Shown in pieces: positions 24,353 to 35,325 of a stretch of 49,062 nt of DNA. A program made the position numbers and the translations under genes. Every line of letters starts with the position of its first letter. Positions within the stretch are counted from its first letter, which is position 1. The notes beneath the pieces were generated by a model. That model was not told the origin of the DNA. It saw only the letters and a program-made list of their open reading frames with translations, and searched no databases. The stretch is from Octopus bimaculoides (taxonomy: Eukaryota), in assembly GCF_001194135.2 (NCBI RefSeq), contig NC_068983.1, forward strand, positions 131,732,297 through 131,781,358, read 5' to 3'.

Positions 24353-25130
24353 GACTTCATCACGTTTTACTCATGCCAGCTCTACTTTTGCAACTATTCC
24401 CACTCAGAGGTCAGTCATTTGGCAAAATTGGGGGAATTTAAAAAAAAAAATACATCGTTCCACTTAGTGGCCATTCTTTAATATTCGATTGTGAATCCTG
24501 CCGAAACCAACTCTACTTTTTATCCTTGAGTTCTTGGGGTTAACAATATATTTATATATGGGATTAACTAAATATCCTCTCATCAGGCTTTTAACTTTAG
24601 AAACCAAGTAGCTGCCTTACTTAATTTTGAAAATAAGAAATGAGGAAAAATCTTTTGTAAACGGTTTAAGATTTTTATCGGTATCACTCTCTCTCTCTCG
24701 CCTTCTTGACATACGCACATGCTCAGCACAGACACGTACGTATGTACACACACACTTTCTTTTCTTTCCTTCTTCCCTCTTTCTTCTTTCTTTCTTTCTT
24801 TCTTTCTTTCTCCCTGTTTCTCATGCAGTTTCTGTGTGCTTAATATAAACATGCATTATGTTATTCATAAATGTTTGGAGTTTAACACCGAAGTGAAATT
24901 AATGGACAAAACCAGAGATGAATAGGAATCGTATGCATGATTTATATTTTGTATTGTTTGTAAGGACTATGTTATTTAAAAAAATTAAAGCGGTTAATAG
25001 CGTCCTGGTCAAACCTTTCTACAATTCTTGTAAGAGGGACACTGTAAGTGCCCCCCTCCCCAATGCCCTTCGACAATACTCGTAGTACGCCGAAAACAAT
25101 TTCTAGAAAATAAGTAAGCGTGATGTGTGA

Positions 25131-25202
<72 letters not shown>

Positions 25203-28200
25203 TTGTGAGAGAGAGAGACAGACAGACAGACATACAGACAGAGACAAGGAGAGAGACAGAAAGGTAAACAGACAGACAATAAGACCGACAGACTGACAGT
25301 GAATAATCGACACAATACTTTAAAGTTATTTTCTTGATCCCGTGAGGTTAAAATTCGAAGTTAACTTAGGCTGATTTCGAGCTCAGAGATTGATAACCAG
25401 TTCTGCAAAGCATTGTATCCGAGCCCTTTGTTACACAGTCAGCTCATACACTTAGTGCACAGGTGTACATAATTAATTATCATTGTACAGTAAGAAGCTA
25501 AAGACTTTTGATTCTATATCTAATATAATTTTAATTTAACTTCTTTTTCGATCTTATCACATCTCTTCAGCGAAACAGAGATATTTACGATTTTTGCTAA
25601 TCAACTTATCTAAAATAATTACAGTGTAAAATACAAGAACGCTGTCTTTTGAAGTAGAACTACGGTTCAGATATTGATTATCGGTGAATAAATAAAATAT
25701 TCGTCTTGATCGCTTGTTTGCGTTATCTGTTTTGAAATCTTCTTATTATTGATTTATACTTTGATCACACAGTTGCAAAGGATTGATGTTTACCTGACGC
25801 ACAAAGAGATTACTAGTAACAAATTTCACGCATCTTTTATCGCTTTCTGCGCCATAAATTTTGTATCAGCAATATCCGGAAAATGACGTGCATATCCTTT
25901 CTTTCAAAATTGGTGTTCGCGTGATTAAGAAATAAATTAATATTTATAATTTTTTAATTACTATTGTTGCTGTAATTGATGCTGTTTTTGTTTAGCCCAA
26001 AGTGTTGCCTCTGCTTGGCAGTTATCAAACGATATAATGAGTGCCATTGCAACAATGAACAGGCAAAGGTTGCTGTAATTTGATGATCCAGCATACTGTG
26101 ACTATTCTTTCCTTTCTCAAGAGGCAGTACCAGTTAAACTATATTTTCTATGCGTTTTCTAAGACGTCTAAGTGTAATTTAAAATCCATTTGGCTGTCAT
26201 TTCTAGTAGATCCATCAACCATGTTGAAACTTCTTCATATTTTAATCATTTAGTTCGGGAGGACAGCACCTACGATCCTTCACTGATCCTTAGAAAATTA
26301 ACTTTGGCTGATTTCAAAGTTGGAAAATGTCGGAAGGAAGGATGGTAAAAATCATCGAAGCGGTGATCCGGCTCGAAGCGTCTAAAAAATCGACTCCGTT
26401 AAAGCACACTGGATAAGTCTATAAAGATTCATACAGTCCATCACTCTTAACAAATAATTTAACAAATTTAGACGGGTGAAAGGTAACGTATTTTGTCCAG
26501 TGCTATAACGACTCAGTCAATTCGACGCCATTAGCTGTGGTTTTGGACATCTATTCTGGATAGGAGGAAGAACTGATAAGAAAACAGTGTAGAAGGTTTA
26601 AAGTAGTAAACGATAGGGCCTTTGTCTTGAGTGAGGAGTGAGAGACCGAGAAAGAGCTCTGCAGGACTGAGATGCCCCATAATATATATGAGAAAAGTGA
26701 TGTAAGGTATCATAAAAGCAAGTAGTATGAAAGACATTTCCAATGCAAGATTTGAGATTATTTACTATTTAGTAAATAATAATTGAAGGAGTAGCGGGAA
26801 TGTGAAGAAGAATCTGCACTGAGAAAAGATACTCTGGTTGAAATACACGTAAAATGTGTCTAAAGATAATTTCTTACGTGCCTTTCTCTCTAACCGGAAT
26901 CACTCTCATTATTTCCCCTCTATATAAACACACAGACACACACACACGCACACACACACACACACACATATACAAAGAAGCAAAATCCTCAATAGGGGAA
27001 CACTACTCAGGGGCAAAAAGCACCATTGATCTCAGACACCTTACCCTTCGCAGTACCATGGCAATTCTTCCCCTATCCCCCGTACTCTTCATCCTACAGG
27101 TGCCAGCTTAGAGTAGTCTATCTTCGCCACAATCAATCACCCACTCTTCAACAAATATTGAGGGAGCAGCACGTCTCTCTCAACCTTCACATTCCTTAGC
27201 ATATGATATTTTAAAAGATTGGTGAGGCCTTGGCTGAAGAGAAAAATGTAAAAGACACAAGGACTGAAATTTGACGAAGGAATTAGTAGATACTATCGAC
27301 CCTGTCTTTGACTGGTATTTTATTTTAATCGACCCAGAAGGAATGAAAGATATAAGAAAACTCAGCAAGATTTAAATGTAAATACCATTTGAAATCTGGT
27401 CCGACTCTATAATGATTATTGATATCTAGCTTAGCAGCATCTGGTGGTACGTATTTTTGACTAGAAACAACATTCATCCCAGGAAGCTTTGAAGTTGAAG
27501 AGACATTATTAAGTTCGAAATATGTCGAAGTAAAAGTTGCCTTTCAATAAAAAGAAAACTCTAACACAGCTGACAGCTTATTCAACACGTCTTCAGTTCA
27601 CGAGTGTGCAAGTTCGTTTCGTACTTACTTGCTTTCGAGTTCAAATCAAAATGCGCTGTAATTTGAGTAAGTGTCTTCTATAGTGAGATAAATTCCAGAA
27701 AAAGTTGTGTGGTGTTTAATTGAAGCCATGTAAAAGCTCATCATAGAGCTTGCTCGTTTTCGAGGTCGATGGGGATCTTTAAGAGCGTTTACTTTGGCCA
27801 GTTTAACACCAAAATCTCGCTCTTGAATCCCACTTAAACCAGGTCCTACGTGTTAGGATGACCTCCTCTTTGCATTCCTTCATTCATTTTTTCCTCATAC
27901 CAGTCTTCAACTCTTTACTAGGTTCATGTGCGGTACAGCTCCACTGAATACTTCGAGAATAATACCTAACACAATTACCACTGAATAAAAACATCCCTCT
28001 CCCACTAATGTAACACTAGAAACAACTAATCACACCGCACACCAAAGCGGATATAATGTTCCATAGTTTTTTCAGTCTTCGAAGAGAGAACATCGCATAC
28101 ATTCCAGGAACACTTGCAAGATCTTCATCTCTGAAATTAGAATACCTAAATATATTTTGCACCATATACGATAAACCGCAAGAAAGCATTCATACAAGTT

Positions 28201-29902
28201 AACAAGGCAGTACTAATCTTAGAAACATGCAAACACCAGTTAACATGCTGATTACCATACAAAGCAATACCATTCAAATAACAGACAAATATTTACTCAG
28301 AAACAGGCTTCAAACATTAGCTCACATATCCCATGCTTTGCTACTTTTTCACCACACTCTACTCTTCTTTGATACTCAGAAATACATTCCTACCAGACCC
28401 AACAGATCCGCCTGTTTTTCTCTCATCATTATTCAATCTTCCCAGCATTGATTTAGTCACCTAGACATTTTTCATTGGAACTTTAATGCTCTAGAACTCA
28501 GTCTCATATATGTTTGTTTACAGAAATCGACATTCAAATGCTCAAATTGAAATACGTTGACAGTATGAAAGTATCTGCAAAAGTAAAAAGTCTAGATCCT
28601 CCTCCTCCTGTTCCCCTCCTCCTCTGTTTCTTCTTCTTCATAGAAGCCGAACAAGAATATATTTTGAAAATAGGAAAGAGAGATATGTATTTCATTGGGA
28701 AGCTGTAGCTGGAGACGAACAGTCAAGTTACTTTTTTGTTGGAGGGGTTCACTAAAATGGAGAACAGTAACAGGAACAAAATTTCATTCAACAGAATGTC
28801 TTAGAAGTCAATAAATTTAATTGTTGATGACATGAACTAGCAACAAAACGGTAGAGAAAGAAGAGAAAAAAGGAAAATGGATGAATATAAAAAAAGTTGT
28901 AGTTAGATGTTTGAGGGGTATTATATTCAAAATGAATGAATAACATATAGAATCTGTCATTGATAAAAGAAAAAAAGTACTTTAGTAGATGCAGTGAAAT
29001 TCCTTCCTTCAAACTGATGACATTAATAATATATAAAATCACATATGTTGCAAGAATGTCGAAATAAAAAAGAGAGGAGACAGAAATAATCTTGGGTTAA
29101 TTAGAAAATTGAGACATATCTAAGGCATGAAAGTAAAAAATATTAATCCCAGTCGTCATATTAACAATTCAAGTGAGTGAAGTATATTCAAACTCAACAC
29201 AAGTGAGTAGATTAGAAAAAGAACGTCATTTTGAATTACGTATGATGACGATCAGAAGAGACGTTAGAATGTCGGATAGAATGCCACGTAGTGTTTGTTC
29301 CTACCTTCTGCACTGAGGTAAGATATCGTTCATATTAACTCTGACTTTTGGAGTCAATCAAAAGTACTACCTCATGGCCATGGATTGGTCGACCTGTGAA
29401 AACATCAAACCGAGTACTTCGTAGTATTGTTCCAGTTCCTTAGATTCTGAATTCAAATCTTTCCATGCCATGTCTTGTAGACTTAAGCTGTCATTGCGGC
29501 TACCTTTAGAAAAGTTCATTTTCTTGTAAGCATTCGATCCAGGCACCGGTTTGAGGATGCCGTTGTCTCCCTCACTAGTCTTCGAGGCCCTGCAAGCGAT
29601 GCTTGACTGTCGTTAAAAGATACAAGAAAAAAAAAACCTAAGAACAAAATATTATTCGATTTCTAGTCCATAAGAAAAGTGTGTATACCATTTAAAACAC
29701 AAGCTTTACTCGCTTTACAGGCTAAAATCCTAAACTGGAGAATCTAATAATCATTTGGATCAGCAACTTTGAAGCGTCTTATCCATTCAGTTGCGTTAGA
29801 GATTATTGAAGTTAATGTTCAGGGCTTTGAAGAAAGGGAAATAAAAATAAACGTTCATTATTTACATTTGACGGATATTTGTCCTCATCTTGTTTGTTGT
29901 TA

Positions 29903-29947
29903 GCACAACGTTTCGGCTGATGTACCCTCCAGCCTTCATCAGGTGTC
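29903..29947 (-). ncRNA. Minimal hammerhead ribozyme motif with palindromic stem III
   Basis: GACAC-CUGAUGA-A-GGCUG(gagggtacat)CAGCC-GAAA-CG-UU/GUGC. Stem II is GGCUG:CAGCC, stem I CAC:GUG, and stem III is the loopless palindrome AACGUU. Confidence 0.8.
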
Positions 29948-30004
29948 TGCCGGAAATTTTGAACCTGGGTTATCATTCCTAAGATGTAATTATCATCATT
30001 CACG

Positions 30005-30070
30005 TCACTGGAATCCAACTCAGTATCTTGAAGTTAGTAGCCCGCACTCTTAACCACTACGCTATATGCC
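30005..30070 (-). promoter_or_regulatory. tRNA-like sequence with RNA polymerase III A and B boxes
   Basis: GGCATA-TAGCGTAGTGG-TTAAGAGTGCGGGCTACTAACTTCAAGATACT-GAGTTGGATTCC. The A box fits TRGCNNAGYGG; the B box has one mismatch to GTTCGANNC; spacing is tRNA-like. Not a functional tRNA. Confidence 0.7.
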
Positions 30071-30422
30071 TGTGGTCAATTCTGCAGTGAATTTTAGGTC
30101 TCATAAATCTAATATTTTCCTATCCTTCCTTAATACTGGTTCCCAAATGCTATTCATATCTGCACTTGGTCTGCGTTGGAGGTTGTCGTGTCCTAATATA
30201 TGTGCTGTATGTTTTAGTTTGCGTATTTTCCAGTGGTGTTCTCTGTCTATTATTTTAACTTCATCCCATAGGGGGAGGTGGTCTCCATTTTTCCATACAT
30301 TATCAGCTATACCCGATTTATCAATATCTCATCGTGTCACAGCTTTGCGATGTTCTCTACCTTTATTTTCAGAGGGTAGCATGTTTCACCTTTGTGAGAA
30401 CCCAGGTTCGAAATTTCCGCAA

Positions 30423-30467
30423 GACACCTGATGAAAGTTGGAGAGTATATCAGCCGAAACGTTGTGC
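30423..30467 (+). ncRNA. Second hammerhead copy in the inverted terminal repeat, with stem II partly decayed
   Basis: GACAC-CTGATGA-AAGTTG...CAGCC-GAAAC-GTTGTGC. The core is intact but stem II has an A-C mismatch at its base. Confidence 0.65.
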
Positions 30468-31621
30468 TAACAACAAACAAGATGAGGACAAATATCCGTC
30501 AAATGTTAATAATGTACATAATCCTTCATCTCTTAAATATAGAAAGTAAACGTTATCGCTTTGGCTGTAAACTAATAACGTCATGATACGCTATCATACA
30601 AAGAGCAAGAAACCAAAGAAGTTAGATTACTCATCTAGTGTGACGTTTTTAACCGAGTGAACTCTTTTAATTATTCGCCTATAAAAAAATTAAATTCTTA
30701 GTGAACAGAAAATTCGGACCTTAAGAGATTTAATGAAGAGTTAGAGTAAAACTCCTTCTAGTAAGAATCGAAACCAGTACGCAGAATCGATACTTTCTGA
30801 AGCCTGCGTGCTTCTCTAACGTACACGTCAGAATTATGTGAAAATAAACACAAGAAAATCTATTTAAACACTATACACTTAAGTAATAAATATCACCATC
30901 CATCGAAATACCTAAAAATTCCTAAGGTAATTTACTCGTTAACTTAAATCAATTAGTGTCGATTTAATTATAATGAATTTGTAACAAAAATAAACATAGA
31001 TATAATTAAATCAAATATAAAATAAACACTGAATAATACTGTATATATATATATATATATATATATCCTAGGACTAACAATCTAAGGGAAAATAAAATCA
31101 GTCAAACATCATTTTACCTTAGTTATTTAAATACTTTGATCAAAAATAATTCCCTACATTGCTTCAGGATAGAAATATTTTTGGTAAACAGTTAATCTAA
31201 TCATAAGAAATCCTTAGTATCTTACTCGATGCACTTTTCTTCTCCCACTTGCTTCTTAAGCGATGGAATCCAACATTAGTCAAGATTGGATTGAAAATAG
31301 TAACAATGAAAGAAGAAACATTGTTCAGTAAAGTTTATCTGTCATTCTACTTTTTGGGTAACATCCATTTCCTCGACAGCCGTCTTACTTACATCTACCC
31401 CATAAACAACAGTTTCAGACACGCCAATATCCTCTACAACTGTTTTTGTTTAATCTATCTACATAATAATATTTTCAGACATAGGTACCTATCTCACTAA
31501 CATTTACACCTACATAATCGTTCCATTACACTTACTCAACATATACAAACGGACATGCATCAAGGCATTACCCCAGCATGGCCGCAGTCTCATGGAACAA
31601 GTAAATATCTATGCATACACA

Positions 31622-31665
<44 letters not shown>

Positions 31666-31724
31666 GGTGAGATTTAACTTTGCTTATATATATATATATA
31701 TATATATACACATAGATATACTCG

Positions 31725-32108
31725 TTACTTGTTTCAGTCCAGTCATTAGAATGCTACTATGATGGAGCACTACCTTAAAGGGTTTTAGTCGAACAAGCCG
31801 ACCTCTGGACTTATTCTTCGTAGGTCTAGTACTTATTCTATCTTTCTTTTTTGCCGAATCTCTAAGTTACGGGAACCTAAACTTAACAACATCGGTTGTC
31901 AAGGAATGGTGGAGAGGCAAACACAGACACAAACACACACATAGATACATATACATATACGACGGTCTTTTTGGAGTTTCCGTCTACCAAATCCACTCAC
32001 AAGGCTTTGGTCGGCCCGAGGTTATAGTAAAAGGCACTTGCCCGTGGTGCCACCCAGAACCACGTTGTTGAGAAGAAAGCTTCTCACCATACAGTCACGC
32101 CTACGCCT
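31725..32108 (-). mobile_element. tRNA-derived SINE, composite body plus tail; partial tail copies at about 31560-31605 and 46585-46692
   Basis: Head homologous to 5397-5545 (CCACTCACAAGGCTTTGGTCGGCCCGAGG, CACTTGCCC..GGTGCCAC). Tail TTACTTGTTTCAGTC...TTTTGCCGAA is shared with 46585-46692. Confidence 0.75.
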
Positions 32109-33149
32109 ACACAGTTAGATAGATAGATGTGTGTATATGTTATATATATGCCTGTATATATACATATACACAAACACACACATATATATTATGCATATAT
32201 ACATGCATACATATAAACATACACACACACAAACACACACATACAAACACACATACATACACACATACATTTATTTGTGTGAGTTTAATATGTTGAATTC
32301 TCAATTTTCCAATTTAAAATATTTTAGATTATTTTTCAAATGATAATAATTAAACGTACACAGAGTTGGCGGTTTTTGAGTGGTTACAATCCTTAAAGAG
32401 AAAGCATATGAGATTAAAAGATTTTCTAGGTATAACTTCTCTTTACAACGCAGCTATTCACATCACAATTTTCTCTTTGCTGAGTAAACATGATATAGGA
32501 CTTGAAATGATAGTAGATTTGTCTGATCTCTATCACATTTCATTTCTTTCAAAGATTCATTTAAAACCAGCTCCACTATTTCTTGCCTATAACCCACTAA
32601 GCATTAATTACAAACTTCCTTTAGTTTAATGTCGAATCATCTAAGGTGAACTTACATTAGATAAGTCGTTGGTTAAATTACGAGAGAAATTCTTGAAGCA
32701 TACAGTTTGGTACATTTATCAGCATGGCCGAGCAAGTAAGATCAACCTCTCTTTATATTTACTCACTTACAAGATAAATGATTTCGTCAGCTGCTTTCAA
32801 TTACGCTGTTAGATAGATTTGAATAACGGGTAATCTTAGCTATATTACTGAAACTGTTGAAAGAACACAGTGGATTAAGAAATAAATTACCCTTATTGAC
32901 TAAACATAACCAAGCAGATTCACATCTTGTGTATTCAGTCTGACTAGGAGTTTCAAACCATTTTCTGTAGCTTGAGTTGACGATCGAATTGTATGGTTTC
33001 ATTGCTATTTTAAATTTCATCAATATCGTCTCGCCTTCGTAAACTAATAATGATATTAGTTTTAGGCTCCATAATGAAAGATATACATGTTCGAGCCTAG
33101 ACACGAACTTCTACAATAGTGCATCCACGGCTAGATGGACAATAATAAG

Positions 33150-33515
33150 TAGACTACCTTGGAATTTCATTGTCTCAAGTGCTGTCGTGAGTACTACAGC
33201 ATTTGAACCCTATGGAAAATGTACCACCAGCATTGCCAGAACGATCTTAATATTAGATTCAGAATTCATACAAAGTTGGGGCCATGTGTCGTATGGCCCC
33301 TGCACAATTCAGGCTCATAACACTCAAATGCACTGCAACACAATTTCCTTTCTTCTACAAGTCTTGCTCTATTTCAAATTATCCCAAAACTAATCAAAGG
33401 ACAAAAATATACCAACGCCTTCAAAACATTTCCAGACAAATATTTTCAAAGGTTACCGCATAAGCCACCTATACCTGGATATATCCCAGTCCACAACAAC
33501 TCACTATTTGAATGA
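33150..33515 (+). mobile_element. CR1-like LINE 3' end remnant
   Basis: FKTFPDKYFQRLPHKPPIPGYIPVHNNSLFE* resembles the FKxxLDxxLxxxPDxPxxPGY...NSL terminus of invertebrate CR1 ORF2. Confidence 0.6.
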
Positions 33516-33909
33516 GCCACGATACCACAAAATTTTAAAATAACTCAACAGATCCTATCAGATGGTGCAATTAAGTTAGACGTTGCATGGTGTAGAACTC
33601 AATAGCCTAGCGTAGAACTCAATAACTTGGTGTAGAACTCAATATATGTGTTTCAGAACAAGATGTTTGATGAGTATAAATCGATAATAAAGAAAAAGAT
33701 GACACAGGAAAAACACTGGTTATGCTATGAAATTCAATAACTTGCAGCAGTGAAATAAACAACTGTAAGCTAATGAAATTCATAATATAACCGTTGTTTA
33801 TTCTATGTGATATCTTTTTTTTATGTCTCTCTCTCTCTCTCTGTCTGTCTCTCTCTTTCTCTCTGTCTGTCTCTCTCTCTGTCTGTCTCTCTCTCTGTCT
33901 GTCTCTCTC

Positions 33910-33972
<63 letters not shown>

Positions 33973-34857
33973 NNNNNNNNNNNNNNNNNNNNNNNNNNNN
34001 NNNNNNNNNNNNNNNNNNNNNNNNNNNNNNNNNNNNNNNNNNNNNNNNNNNNNNNNNNNNNNNNNNNNNNNNNNNNNNNNNNNNNNNNNNNNNNNNNNNN
34101 NNNNNNNNNNNNNNNNNNNNNNNNNNNNNNNNNNNNNNNNNNNNNNNNNNNNNNNNNNNNNNNNNNNNNNNNNNNNNNNNNNNNNNNNNNNNNNNNNNNN
34201 NNNNNNNNNNNNNNNNNNNNNNNNNNNNNNNNNNNNNNNNNNNNNNNNNNNNNNNNNNNNNNNNNNNNNNNNNNNNNNNNNNNNNNNNNNNNNNNNNNNN
34301 NNNNNNNNNNNNNNNNNATTTATATATATATATATATATACATACATACATGCACACACGCATATAATATGCATTTATATATATGTGTGCGTGCGTGTAT
34401 GAGAGTAAGTATGTATGTATGTATATATGTACATATGTTCCATATGTGTGTATGTGTGTGCAGTTGCAATCTTCACTATATTAGTATTTTGTTACTGACA
34501 AAAACCAAAAGGCTTCATACGTGACTCTATTTCCAGAAGAAACAGCATGAAGAAAACAACATTTATTTTTCACGGCTCCATAAGAATATTAATTTCTAAC
34601 AACCACAATGCATTTCAGTGAAGGGTATACTCGATTTGACCGTCTCCAACACTACACTAATATATTTTTTAGACACTGCATGGTAGGATTTGAATTCATA
34701 CTTTAAAGCGCCGTAGTTACTTATAAAGCCTCCTTTTATGATTCTCTAACGATTCTACTAATTTATCGCCCTCTTTGCATGACATTGTTAGCCCTGTTAC
34801 AATTGAAAAGTCCACGGATGTGAATTAGACCAGAGTTAAACTAATAAACAGAGGACC

Positions 34858-35325
34858 AATAAACTGATTATGCAACAATATACCGAGTACACAATGGTAA
34901 ACTGAGTGTGAAATAGTAAACTGAACCAGCTGAGTTTACAATGATGTGTATGCATCACTAATCAGTGTACACAGCGTTAAGTTGTATATACCACAGTAAG
35001 CTCTGTATGCAACAGTAAAATAAGTATGTAATGAAAATCAGTGTTTCATTATAAGCTGAATATGGATAGATAAGCGAGTATGTAATGTGTATGTAATGGT
35101 AAGAAGAGTAGGAATGGAAAATTAAGTGTGAAACACTAAGATTAGTATGTAGCAATAAACTGAGTACGATTCAATGGTAAACTGAGTATATAACGCCAAG
35201 CTGAGTATGGAAAGGTAAAACGAGTATACAATGTTAAGCATAATAGGCAAATGTTAGCCGAGAATACAATTGCAAGCTGAGTACGCAATACTAAACTGAA
35301 TATGCAAAGATGAACTGAGTTTGAA
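34858..35325 (+). repeat. Degenerate minisatellite, about 19-bp unit (AAACTGAGTATGCAATGGT-like), roughly 20-24 units
   Basis: Recurrent AA(A/G)CTGAGTA(T/C) at about 19-bp spacing, e.g. units at 34898, 35157, 35179, 35198, 35274, 35293 and 35312. Confidence 0.7.

Larger units (their letters stand above)
29856..30545 (-). mobile_element. 5'-truncated PLE 3' end: GIY-YIG remnant, tRNA-like module, hammerhead-containing terminal repeat and inverted 5' copy
   Basis: The minus strand 30394-30101 reads GETCYPLKIKVE/EHRKAVTR*DIDKSGIADNVWKNGDHLPLWDEVKIIDREHHWKIRKLK...WEPVLRKDRKILDL*. Inverted repeat arms are 29856-29975 and 30395-30514; the plus copy continues to about 30545. Confidence 0.9.

Noticed and set aside
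25530-25575. Minus-strand CTGAAGA-GAT...ATC-GAAA
   Set aside because: No stem III, stem I or cleavage triplet can form; chance match.
26531-28500. Possible further CR1/L2 remnants at 26531-26743 (minus) and 27700-28500 (plus)
   Set aside because: They are too decayed to show a diagnostic motif by eye.
30030-30045. TACTAAC branch-point consensus followed by AG inside the tRNA-like module (minus)
   Set aside because: The branch point is only about 6 nt from the AG, and the motif is explained as an anticodon-loop-like sequence.
34858-35325. CRISPR-like periodic array
   Set aside because: The period is only about 19 bp, the repeats are degenerate, there are no spacer-length unique segments or cas genes, and the context is eukaryotic.
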